Shown in pieces: positions 1-49,550 of a DNA stretch of 64,000 nt. The notes under the pieces were generated by a model. That model had not been told where the DNA came from. It saw nothing but the letters and a program-made list of their open reading frames with translations, and did no database searches. This DNA comes from Octopus vulgaris. Its lineage: Eukaryota. Numbering within the stretch: position 1 is the first letter of the stretch; every line of letters starts with the position of its first letter. A program made the translations under genes and the position numbers. Location: assembly GCA_951406725.2 (NCBI GenBank), contig OX597817.1, forward strand, positions 162,874,001 to 162,938,000, written 5' to 3'.

Positions 1-261
1 TAAACCCAATCTGTTTCTTAAACGAGGGACATATTCATACGGCACAGAATGTTTTTTTACCTCAATGGACGTCAGTGATTGGTTGAAATTGCAGAAACTG
101 AAGAAAGAAAAACAACAAATATCTTACAAACTATACAATTTTCTTAATAAAGCCAAGAGAAAAAGATGTTTTATAAACACATTCTATAAGTATACGAAGT
201 TTTAAATGTTTTAGTTACCTAGAAATTATGTTAAAAACTGCCGTTCAAACCGAAAAGATCC
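1..261. mobile_element. Right part of a GG-terminal MITE, same family as 32802-33220
   Basis: Near-identical to 32961-33220; ends AAACTGCCGTTCAAACCGAAAAGATCC. Confidence 0.85.
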
Positions 262-1038
262 TAAATACACTTTCATTCATCAAAATAATTTGTTTACAGA
301 CGAAGTGCTCTTTTCCTACCTTCTGTTCCAGAGAGTTATTATCACCTCTCAGCGTACAAAACTCATTTGGTCTTTGGCTGCGGTGTTTGCCGTAAGTTAC
401 CATTCTGCTTTTAATCGAACCTTGTATTTCTGTTCCTTAAAGTCTTAAACTTTTTCTGAACCAGCAGACGTGTTCGCTTTTTAATTTACGTAAATTTAAA
501 TACATACAGTTAAATTAAAGTTAAATTTTTCAGATAGCCTTTGTTGCGCTAATAGTTTTATCTCACTTGACAAGCCAAGCAAAAGCACTTTGATGAGTCA
601 GTTAAAATATATATATTTCACATCTATTTTTGAGGTTTTCCTTACATTTCTGAGATCTAAACTTATAAATTGTTCTTTTTCTTTGTCTCATTTGCTGGTG
701 CGATTTTTGCAACCAGTTTTTCGACTTCTCGTGGTTAGATTTATATTAATCAATGGACGGAGAACGTGTCTATCCGAGGAACATTGGCCTGCTAAAATTG
801 GCAACCACATTTCCCTCAAATCGCACCCGACCGTCTTAAAGAAAGACATATTGGGTAATATAGCCCCCGATATATTAAGCCCTAACCCCTTACCCTAAAC
901 ACCGCGTGTGCGTATTCTTTACCTTCGCCATATATATATAAATATAGAGATGGTATTATTAAAATACCATCACAAGTGGTAAGCGAATTATCAGCCGTAC
1001 AGGCAAATTAATAAAATATATACATACAATATTAAATA

Positions 1039-1093
<55 letters not shown>

Positions 1094-2105
1094 GTACTAC
1101 ATGAGTACCTATGTCGCTAATGATAGAAGTCAAAAAATACTTCTGTACCACCGAAAAGTCACAAATCAATTACAGACAAGATAGGAAAAAATATATATGC
1201 GGTGCTTCGGTGGTTTTTAATCACAGGTTTACTTGATCTGGGTTGACTTGCGGATAAATAACGCCAACCTCATAAAACAAGTGAAAGGTTAAGAAGCGAC
1301 AATCGAAACTAGTTTTATGGGGACATAGAACCACTGTAAGCGTTTGACTCACATGCATGTATAGTATTATTGCAGACAGTTTATTTGGTAATTTTTCATA
1401 CCGTTTATTCATTGTAAACTTATTTCGATTCTCGGTTTTAAACCTTTCGATCATTTTAAGTTGAACTTTTGACATGATCATCACATCTTTTTGTATGTCA
1501 GAATCTACTACATTATTCAATAAGTCCTTTTTCAAACAGTTTTGTATACTTTGAATGATATTTGTTCCCCACCCCTTGATTATAAATCCCATCTTTAAGT
1601 CGATAAACTGGCACTAACAAATGAGATAAAGAATTAATGTTTTTGAGAATCCTTAGTAGTTTTAGGGTTAGGGTTATTTATTTATTAATGTTTCAGGTGA
1701 TATCTATTATCATGGATAAAAGAAGATATTTACAATTTTATCAAAAATGTAAATACTAACATTTTGTTAAAATTGTAATTTTTTTCATTTATCCACGATA
1801 CAGTTCTTAAAGCAATTTCTTTTTGATTTTTAATCTAAATTTACTCATGCAAAACGGCATAACATACACACATACATATCGGTTATAGGCCATATAGAGT
1901 CTGTTCAGTAAACTGACCCACTATTTACATATGGGTATGAATTAGAAATGTCATCTTATATAACCATGATGAAATAATTACGATCTATAAAGTAGGTCAA
2001 CTTAATTTTGAATACAGAGAGTTCTTCCCCTACTTGCTTCTCTTGATCAGAGATCGATAAATTCCATTTTTTTTCTTGTTAGCAAAATTATACCATTAAT
2101 AGATG

Positions 2106-2403
2106 GGTACTACTTAAGAAGGGTGGTCCCGGTGCGTGCACTCGCGCATCCGCGCTAGCTAGTCGTGACTAGTCGATCCTTACTTTGTGTTTTTGTTTTA
2201 TTTACTTAAAAAAAAATTACTTACTTTGTGTTTTTGTGTTTTATTTACTTTTTAAAAAAAAAATTATTTACTTTGTGTAAAAAAATTATTTATTTTGTGT
2301 TTTATTTACTTTGCTCGGTAGTCGTTGTAGGATCGACTTGTCACGACTAGCTAGCGTGGATGCGCGAGTGCGCACACCGGGACCTCTCTTCTTAAGTAGT
2401 ACC
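2106..2403. mobile_element. Foldback MITE with about 75-bp TIRs and 9-bp TSD (Merlin/Mutator-like)
   Basis: GGTACTACTTAAGAAG...CTTCTTAAGTAGTACC; TSD taatagatg/taataaatg; internal T-rich tandem repeats. Confidence 0.85.
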
Positions 2404-2607
2404 TAATAAATGTATAGTTTGTATAACAACACACACGCATTCATATACGTACTGTTGTTATGTTGTAAAACAAGCAAGTTGATAAAAAGTTATATTACTG
2501 TATTTAGTTAATCTGCTCCAGCTTACAATACTCTTTTACTGATTTCAGTCATTTGACTGCGGCCATGCTGGAGCACCGCCATGAAATGATTTAGTCGAAG
2601 AAATCGA

Positions 2608-3007
2608 GGAAAGACTTCCTTATGTACCGAACCTGTAAAATTTTTTTTAAAATATTAGACTTGGTGGAACATTTGATTTCCTACCAGATCTTATAATAAT
2701 GATGATGAGAAAGTCATAAAAATTAAGAATTTCTATTAAAAAAAAACAAACTTAATTTCTTATTATGTATATTCATGTCCCAAGGTTACGCAAATTTCCT
2801 AGAGTTAGGTAATTTAGGCCTTAACGTTAGGTAAATTGGGACATGGATATACATAATACAGAAATGAAGTTTTTTTAATAGAAATTCTTAACTTTTATGA
2901 CTCTCATCATTATTATTATTAGACATGGCAGGAAATCAATTTTCCATCATGTGTAATATTAAAAAAAAATTTTTTATGGGGGTTGGGGTACAAAAGGAAG
3001 TCTTTCC
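2608..3007. mobile_element. Long foldback MITE with 8-bp TSD, nested in a SINE
   Basis: GGAAAGACTTCC...GGAAGTCTTTCC, almost wholly palindromic; TSD gaaatcga/gaaattga. Confidence 0.85.
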
Positions 3008-3167
3008 GAAATTGATCCCAGAACTTTTTTTTTTAATGCCTAGTGCTTATTCTATCAGGCGCTTTTGCCGAACCGCTAAGTTACGGGGACGTAAACATAC
3101 CAACACCGGTTCTCAAGCGATGATGTGGGAGACAAATACAGACACAAGGACATACGCATATAGATAC

Positions 3168-3210
<43 letters not shown>

Positions 3211-3235
<25 letters not shown>

Positions 3236-3417
3236 TGTGTACAGTGCCCAGGTGCACTACAACTCATCTAAAGTGTATATATAATCAGGTGTAGTTTCGG
3301 CGGATTTCGGAAAGCATGAGGGCCTTAAAGGATGCAGTGTCATGGCAGTCAACAACTGACGCAGGCAGTTTATTCCATGCTTCAGCAACTCTGAGCGTGA
3401 AAAAATGTTTCCGAAAG

Positions 3418-3420
<3 letters not shown>
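3211..3420 (-). mobile_element. CR1/L2-type LINE 3' end
   Basis: Reverse complement matches 61551-61686 (FFTLRVAEAWNKLPASVV) and ends in an (ATT)n tail. Confidence 0.8.
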
Positions 3421-3476
<56 letters not shown>

Positions 3477-3934
3477 TTATATATATATAAAATTCAACAA
3501 AATCTATACTGTCTGATGATATATATATATAAACTAGATAATTTAGATTTTATATGAATTTTCTATATTAAAATATATATATATTACTCTACCACTGGTA
3601 TTTAGTATATTTTTATACCTATATTTCACATTTATGTATTTATCCGGTATATATATATATATATATATATGACAGGCTTCTTTCGGTTTGCTAAATCCAC
3701 TTACAAGGCTTTGGTCAGCCCAAGGCAAGGGAAAAGTGTCACAAAGCATTTTGTCTGGTGTGCTAATGATTCTACCAGCTTACCATCTTATTATACTTAT
3801 GTAATAATAATGAAGTATATGAATTGGACATAGATGATTTGAAGGCTTCCTTTTCATTCATTTTTATTCGGCTGTAGCTGTGGAAGTTACCATTTTCATG
3901 TGATGTGTTTTCCTGATCAACATATTTCAGACAG

Positions 3935-4354
3935 AAAAGGTCGGCGAGCTGGCAGAAATGTTAGCACGCCGGGCGAAATGCTTAGCGGTATTTCGGCTGC
4001 CGTTACGTTCTGAGTTCAAATTCCTCTGAGGTTGACTTTGCCTTTCATCCTTTCGGGGGCGATAAATTAAGTACCAGTTACGCACTGAGGTCGATGTAAT
4101 CGACTTAATCCGTTTGTCTGTCCTTGTTTGTCCTCTCTGTGTTTAGCCCCTTGTGGGTAGTAAAAAAATAGGTATTTCGGCTGCCGTTATGTTCTGAGTT
4201 CAAATTCCGCTGAGGTCGACTTTGCCTTTCGTCCTTTCGGGGTCGATTAAATAAGTACCAGTTACATACTGGGGTCGATGTAATCGACTTAATCCTTTTG
4301 TCTGTCCTTGTTTGTCCCCTCTATGTTTAGCCTTCTGTGGGCAATAAAGAAATA
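3935..4354 (+). mobile_element. SINE family M (MetaSINE-like core), partial tandem dimer
   Basis: Core gcctttcatcctttcggggtcgataaattaagtaccag occurs twice; 16-bp TSD aacatatttcagacag. Confidence 0.8.
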
Positions 4355-6483
4355 AACATATTTCAGACAGTTACTTTGCTCATATTTCAGTTCAATTCAG
4401 TACTGTATATTGTTATTGCATTCACTCAAGTACAAATAAAATGGTGTGTGTCAAAAAGATTAAAAGAAAATAAACCCTGAATTTGCTTTTCTTGTCTGCT
4501 ACTAAGCTGATAATTCTGTTTTGTTCAACATGGTTACATTGAAATGCACAGAGTATTTTACACAAGTTGTTGCTAATACGATTGGGAAACACTTTTGCAG
4601 TCTTAATGCTTTTTTGCCAAAAATGTTTTGGGACTGAGACATGAATAGATATATTTTAAGTTTATCCCTAAAATGTTGCTTATAATCCCTATTTCTACAT
4701 TATTTGAAAACACTGCTGCTTTGTTTGAAATTGGTATTTTTCCTATTTCTAATGTGTTTTGACAAAAAATTGTATCAGTTGTAGTGATCCTTTCTACTAT
4801 AAGTATGAGGTCTGAAATTTTGGGGCAAGGGGTAATCGATCTCGAAAGGATCGTATCATGAAAATGGTTCGAAAAACAGCTATTCCAAGTAAATATCATT
4901 TGTGTACTTGATTTGAACAATATTTTGGCTGGTGTATTCTCTTTCTCAAAAATATATTACTTACAAAATATATTTTGCTCTGAGTCTGTCATAGTGTCAA
5001 AGAAATGTAAACTGCTGTGGTTTGCTATTCAAATTTTGATTTCAAAAACTTTGACATGAAAATATTGGGTTTTATATAAAACCTGTTTTACTAAATGAAT
5101 GACAAGTTCTCAGGCCTGTTGCTAGGCGCAGGCATAGCTGTGTGGTGAAGAAGATTGCTTTGCAACTTAAGTGATTTGGGGTTTAGTCCTATTATGTGGC
5201 ACCTTAGTGTCTTCTATTAAAGTCCTAGGTTGACTAATGCCTTGTAAGTGAATTTTGCAGACAGAAGCTGTGAGTAAGCACATCGTATATATGTATGTGT
5301 ATGTGTGTATAAGATTCTTCAGTTTCCATCTATCAAATCCACCCACAAGGTTTTTGTCAAGCTGGGGGCTATAGTAGAAGACACTTGCCCAAGGTGCCAT
5401 ACTGTGAGATTGAACCTAAGATCAAAGGGTGAGGAAGCAAGCTTCTTAACCACTCAGTCATACATCATCATCATCATCGTTTAACGTCCACTTTCCATGC
5501 TAGCATGGGTTGCACGATTTGACTGAGGACTGGCAAACCAGATGGCTGCACCAGGCTCCAATCTACACCTGGATGCTCTTCCTAATACCAGTATCATTAA
5601 CTAGTTAAATTCAGTAGTATACAGCTAATGGCAGTTTCACTGCTCAAAAAAGTGATTTAAAAAAATTTCCTGTTTTAAAATGAAAATTATTAACTCATTT
5701 GTGCTATGTTCCCAGTACAGTGGGAATAGTCTAAATGTAGTCTCTACCAGATTCCTGTTAAAGCAGTAATGAACAATACACGTAGAAAAAGATGAAGTAC
5801 TAAAAATAGATAACTGATCACATTGCAACTCTGAAGTCAAGTGTGTTTATGAGTCGTTGTTAATGATATCCTCCATAGCTGTTACTTTTGTTTTTAATTG
5901 AGTATAGCAAATTTTTTTTTTTTTTGCAATAAGAAAAGCATGTGATGAACCTAGCACTTTGGTAAACAAGCAATGCTTAGACTCTTTACAATTGAGGAAA
6001 TTATTGATGATATTTATTCTTCAGATGAAGAATTTACCCTTAGACAATGAGAGTGATTTGGACAATCAAGCTGGTGAAAGTGATGAAGAAAGTAGTGATT
6101 TGGGTAATATTCCCAAATTGTGTGTACCCTTATCTTGATGTTTGTTTCCAGTCTTCCATGAAAAAACATCTGCTCATGGGGAAATATTACCTTGCAAATA
6201 TACCCAAATATTGGACAAATATACGAGTTGAGAGATATGTCTATTATTGTTATTCTCCTGAATTTTTTTTTTTGTGATTCTGTCCATTAGTTTGCCTGCA
6301 ATTGTTGCTCTTGAGCTGTGTATGCAACTATTCATTTTTTTTTTTTTTTTTGCTCTGGAGCCCAGGTAGAGGGTAGGGTAAGTTAGACACATGGGCCTAG
6401 GTCTGAGAGGATTAAAATGAAAATTATGAGTTTTCTGAAAATCTTTTGTTATACTTTATAGGCTGTCAAAGTACCGGGTAAAT

Positions 6484-43504
<37,021 letters not shown>

Positions 43505-44257
43505 ATTACGAACTTTGTTGCAAGAAGGAAATAATAATTAAATCATTTTCTCAATTTGTTCAAATATTTTTGGCCAGAAATTGTTATTAATTTAACACCT
43601 CAAAAATCGACATTAAAAGTTCTTATTCTGCCTTGTTGAAGAAAATGAATTTTATCTTTGAATATAAAAATATTTAATTTTTTCACTTTAGTGAACGATC
43701 ATGGACATGGGTAACAGTTGGGATTAAAAATAGAAAGCTCTCAAAGATGAGATAAAATGTGAGGAATACTTAAGGGAAAACTGACAAATATTAGTGAAAA
43801 ATCTTTCAATGGTTGCCTCTATTCAAGGTTATAAATATTTCAAAGGTTTATTCAAATATTCAACATACAGGTTGAATTATGAAACAGACTGTGTTGTTTT
43901 ATATTACACATGGAAGCGAGGACAAAACAAAAGTATCTCATTGTTAGTTGCACTGTTAAAAGACAGGTTTATGTCACAAAATAAGGAAGAAAATCAAGGG
44001 AAATCAATTGAATGCTGTTTATGAAAAAAATATGAAATATTCAAGAAACTGTATGTGAAAGCAGGATGATGTGATAAGAACATATACCTATAAAGAGGGC
44101 CATCAAAAATACAAATGGTGCTTGGTAAGTACATTCTAGAATGGTTATACATACCAAAGAATAATCTATACATCTTGTCCTTGACTTACAACCTATGTGA
44201 CTTATGGACCATCCACATTTATGACCACAAAAAATAATTTTAAAAAATATAAATAAA

Positions 44258-44654
44258 CTAGCAGTATAGCCCAGCATTGCTCGGGCTTGTTTTCTTTTCG
44301 ACCCTTTAGAATTGGAATTTTTGAAAAGTAAAACTTTTGCATTATGTAGCTTGTTATTCTCTTTAAGTGAACATTTTTCTGGTTGAAATACACCGAAAAA
44401 TGGTGACACAGCAGTCAAAAAATCATAAAAATAGGAATTTTCATAGAAAAAAAGCACCATTTTGATGTAAATAATTTTTGGTCTTAACATGGTCCGATTT
44501 GGATTTTTTCTTCTATGGAAGGAAGAGCAAGCCTTCTTCTATCATACTCTCAATTTTGGTCAACTTGCACCGCAGGGTCTCGGAGGAGATAGTGTTCGTT
44601 GAAGGCTACCAAACTTGCCACACACAGACAACTTCAGCTTTATATATAGAGAGA
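44258..44654 (-). mobile_element. Non-autonomous Helitron
   Basis: Minus strand TCTCTCTATATATAAA...AGCCCGAGCAATGCTGGGCTATACTGCTAG; same termini as 11755-12150. Confidence 0.85.
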
Positions 44655-45014
44655 TAAATAACAAATCGATTTTTGGACGTTGAGCAGCTGCACATATGTT
44701 AACTATGGTAGCATCTGGCAATGCAGGCCTCCCTCAGACCCAAGCTCACTCAGTCACTGTCTCTCACCCAGTTGCTTTCAAGCATCAGTTGCTTTTGAAT
44801 AAAAATAGTGTTGAAAAATATAATCCGACATATGACCTGATTGACTTATAACCTGTCAGTTGGAACGGAACTCGCTTGTAAGTCGAGGAGAAGGTGTACT
44901 TATTTTTGTGATTAGAGAAGCAAATCATGACTTCTATTTCTGTAAATTTTGCATAATTTCAATTACGTAACTCAATCTAGCTTTTTTTCACAATTTATAT
45001 TTTATCATCAAAAA

Positions 45015-45248
45015 AGCACCAACCGATCGTGGCCGTTTGCCAGCCTTCCCTGGCCCCAGTGCAGGTGGCATGTAAAAAAGCACCTACTACACTTACGGAG
45101 TGGTTGGTGTTAGGAAGGGCATCCAGCTGTAGAAACCCTGCCAGATCAGACTGGAGCCTGGTGCAGCCTCCGAGCTGCCCAGACCCCAGTCAAACTGTCC
45201 AACCCATGCTAGCATGGAAAACGGACGTTAAACGATGATGGTGATGAT
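45015..45248 (+). mobile_element. Repeat family B
   Basis: Family B core and tail. Confidence 0.8.
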
Positions 45249-46227
45249 TATGATATCTTTCATATGACCTACCATCATCACAAAATCTCAATAATCTAAA
45301 GCTCTTCTACTTTTCTTGTTATTGATGCTTCTTTCTTGTCATTGATGCTTATTGCTTTTGATATTTCAGATGGCTTCGGGAAACACAGTGGCTGAGCAGA
45401 TAACAGTAATAGATTCATGAGGATAGGGAATGCCTGTCACGTCACAAGCGTCATATTGCATCACATCCTTGAATTGGTAAAATGAATATCAATAATATAC
45501 AGGAGTTGAACAGACCAACAACACAAAAATCTGTCTTGTTTTACAAACTTGTCCTTGAACCAAAGAAAGATCTCAAAAGGAAATTTCCTTTTCATGCTGC
45601 AGTTTAATTTCTGTTTGTTGATTGGTTGAGAGTGAAGTGATTGAGTTATCAAATAGAATAAGAAAATCTGATGGTGTAAGTAAGATTAGAGACAAAATGT
45701 CTAAGTGAAATTAGGGCAACAAAAAGGGATACTAAATCATAACAGTATCTACTATTTTTTTTTTTCGGAAATTTGTATCAATAGTAAGGAAGAACAAGAC
45801 AGCTGGACCTTTTCTACCCTTTACAACTATCTTCTGTTAAACAAGCCAGTAATTGAGAAAAGGAATGTTTTTGTTGACTGGTCTGCACTTGGGGTTTTAA
45901 GTCGTTCTAATGAAATAAACGATAGTACACCTGATTCAATCTTGTACAGTGAATCACCTCCAAGATGTGTTGGCTGTAATTGTAGCAAAGAAAAACCTCA
46001 CATGTCTATGCTGAATCTATGAGGACAGTGCATAGGCACTATACAATACAGAGTATAATCAAGCTAAAAACAGATATGATAACGTAGAAGGGAATATTGT
46101 TGTAATGATTATTTTAAATAGAATGTTATTTATTGTTAACCAGCATAGCATGTTGTTGTTGTTGTTGAGCCCCTGATCAGCTTAGTTGAGCTGGGTCTAT
46201 GATCAAAGGTGTTTCAGTTTCTTCTAC

Positions 46228-47530
46228 TAGGGTAAGTCAAAAATTATACACACTCTTGTTTCTGTAATTTGTTACAACAAAAGCAAGAGTTGAACAATTA
46301 TATCATTTTTCGACATAGTCTCCTTGCTTTTCGGTTTCAATTCTTCCAGTGGTCCACAAGCTTGCTTATTTCTTTGGAGAAGGTTTACAGCTGGTTGTGA
46401 AGCCATTTATGCATCGCTTCCTTTGCTTCTTAGTCCATAGCAAAATCAACAACCTTGTAAAGGATATTTGAGTGGTTTAACCCTTTAATGTTTAAACCGG
46501 CCATATCCGGCTCAAATATTCTAACTGTTTTATGTTCAAACTGGCAAGATTCAGCCTCTTACACCTATCCTGCAATGTCATTCTAAAGCTAAACAAACAC
46601 ACCATTGAAGTATCAAAGCTACAACATAATGCATGCTTAATTCAAAACAATATGAATAAATAAGAATTATATTTAACGGAGTAACCTGAATGCTAAAGGG
46701 TTAAAGAGGTGATAGATGGAAGGGTTGAAATCTGGGCTGTGAGCGATGCGTTCCGGTAACTTGAAACCCAATTTTTCAATGGTTTCAGTGGTGTGGGTGT
46801 GCATTGTCATACACCCATCTCACACACACTTTGTGGAAGTGGATGGTTTTGTATACAAAACCGTGACTAATTTGCAGAGAACATACTGTTTCATCAGTAG
46901 TCACTTGTTAGTTCATCAGAACCATCTCTTGGGCTTGTTGAATCTTCATTGTCATTATTCTTCATACCTGTCTGGCTTTTTTACACTTCTCACTCCACTC
47001 ATACATACATCTACATGGTAGAGTGCTGTCCCTGTATTGTGCTGAAAGACTGCAATGGATTTCAACCCCTGGCACACGTTCAGACCAGAAAATTGGATCA
47101 CTGATCTCTGTTCTTCCTTGGTATACACTGCGAGCTGGCAGAAACGTTAGCATACCGGGCAAAATGCGTAGCCGTTATGTTCTGAGTTCAAATTCCGCCG
47201 AGGTCGACTTTGCCTTTCATCCTTTTGGGGTCGATGAATTAAGTACCAGTTACGCACTGGGGTCGATATAATCGACATAATCAGTTTGTCTGTCCTTGTT
47301 TGTCCTCTTTGTGTTTAGCCCCTTGTGGGTAGTAAAGAAATAGGTATACACTGCCAGTGGAGCAGCCATATTTACTCTGTAAAACAAGAAAGAAAACTGG
47401 AGCAATCAAAATCAAACCTCAATTACATAACCATGGGAGTACCATCTTTTAGCATGCAGGTATTAAAGGCAGTGTGGTCATCCTAAGGAAAGTTTTGGCA
47501 AAAGTGCTGATAATTTTTGAATTCCTCTCA
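46228..47530 (-). mobile_element. Decayed mariner relic with nested piggyBac-type MITE (46481-46700) and SINE M (47132-47342)
   Basis: Degenerate TIR-like ends and VTTDET motif on the minus strand; nested MITE is TTAA|CCC...GGG|TTAA; SINE TSD ggtatacactgc. Confidence 0.5.
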
Positions 47531-48299
47531 TATTTGTATGTCTAGAAATACATATTCCAATGTGAACTTCCTTTTCCAAAGATGTTAAATATGATTTTAC
47601 AAAATCTAGCAGCTTTTTCTAGCTTACCAAGTGTTTGCCTTGAAACCCCATATATTCATGTTAAGTTAGTTCTTGTTCAGTTTCACTTTCTTGTTAGAAC
47701 TGTTTCACCTTACGTTATTAATGTAACAGAGAACGGTTGCAATGCTGTAACTTCCTATTTTTAAAAATGTGATGGTTGGGTTATTGAAGCTATATGAGAA
47801 ACAGAATACCAAACAACTTGTTCACTTTAATGCTTTTAGTTCAGGTTCTTCATCTTGAATTCAAATCTTACTGATGACACCTTGGCTTTTCTTCTCCATT
47901 TATCCATTTATACTGTGGTGGGAATACTCATTTTGGATCTTTTCTGTTGCTGTTACAGTTTTTGAAATTTTAGAATTAAGAATCAATTTTCAAATTTGGT
48001 ATATTGATGTAATTTTTCATGCTGAATCTTATTTTGTTATTCACTTGTTCCAGAAAAAATTCAGGAAAATGTTACAGATGTTTAAAGTTTGTTAAGTTTT
48101 ATCCAATCAAAAAACAGGGTTTGGAAACTGACATTTTCTGCATGATAGCTGTTTATCACAACATAATGATGACAAATTTCTATTAAACAAACTGTACATT
48201 ATACTACTGTGGTAAATGTTCAGTTCATGTAAACAATTAATACATTTTTTATGTTGTGAAAATTCAAGAATGAACGCTTGAGATATAACCTAGGAGTTT

Positions 48300-49550
48300 C
48301 CCAAACAAATTACAATATTTGTATCTCCTGCACCACATAAACTCGCAGAGATACAAGTGAACCATAGAATGGTAGGTCCGACAACATTATTTATTCCCTC
48401 ATTTTACACAGGGCCCATGTGCTGTTTTCCACTTGTTGCATGTGGGTACCATCTTAGGAGTTAATAAACTCAACACAGTGGTTCACTCTTCTATCTGAAA
48501 ATTATAACCATTGATTTCAGGAATGTGAGAGTAGGCCCTCCACAAGTCATTGAAAATTATGGTTTTGGAAGAACCAACTGACTTATGCATTCTTCTAGTG
48601 TGTTGCAATTCCAACATTCATTGTATAAAAAAAAACATGTCTAGATCTTGCAACACACCTCTCCAAAATCCCGTTGCTCAGGTAGCAAGCACCCTTCCTT
48701 GGTTGTATTTACAGTTTGAGAAAACTGGTTTGTCTATCTCAACAATCTTCCCAGGACTGCCTATCTCAACTGGGTTGTGGAGCAGGTATCCCTCACATAT
48801 TTCATGAACATAGCTGTTGTGATCAACAGCTGTATAGTGGCTCATCCCAAGCTCTTCAACACAAAACTAGACCGAAGTGAATTCCTTGACCCATGAGAAA
48901 AGCAAAAGCAGTACAGTCCTAAGAGGAAGGATGCCACTTTCCATCCATGTATCTTTTCTGACAGACACACATTCATCCTTTTCGGGAGCACTACTAGTAA
49001 ATTTTCCCGCCAAGCATCTTCTTCATATAGTGGAAGCACTCCGTCGGTTACGACGATGAGGGTTCCGGTTGATCCGAATCAACGGAACAGCCTGCTCGTG
49101 AAATTAACGTGTAAGTGGCTGAGCACTCCACAGACACGTGAACCCTTAACGTAGTTCTCGGGGATATTCAGCGTGACACAGAAAGTGACATGGTCGGCCC
49201 CTTGAAATACAGGTACAACAGAAACAGGAAGTAAGAGTGAGAGAAAGTTGTGGTGAAAGAGTACAGCAGGGATCACCACCATCCCCTGCCGGAGCCTTGT
49301 GGAGCTTTTTAGGTGTTTTTGCCCAATAAACACTCACAACGCCCGGTCTGGGAATCGAAACCGCGAGTCCACTGCCCTAACCACTGGGCCATTGCGCCTC
49401 CACCTTCTTCCTATAGTGTCACTTTGTACATAATTTTTTTTCTTTTATGGATAACACCCTTTTTTTGCAAGTAAGAAACTGCATCCTCCTTGGTTTTCAA
49501 TATCTTGAGAAGGCCCAGGAACACACAGAGTTCAGAATTATGAAAATGAG
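48300..49550 (-). mobile_element. Decayed Merlin (IS1016-like) transposase, split by a SINE D copy (49040-49403)
   Basis: Minus strand: TAVDHNSYVHEICEGYL...IGSPGKIVEIDKPVFSNCKYNQGR; TIIFNDLWRAY; VNHCVEFINS*DGTHMQQVE; matches the Merlin IGGPG-VEIDES, DxWxxY, VNH and HTQxIE motifs. Confidence 0.75.

Noticed and set aside
590-1592. ORFs 590-898 and 1221-1592
   Set aside because: No recognisable motifs or splice support; probably chance ORFs or decayed repeats.
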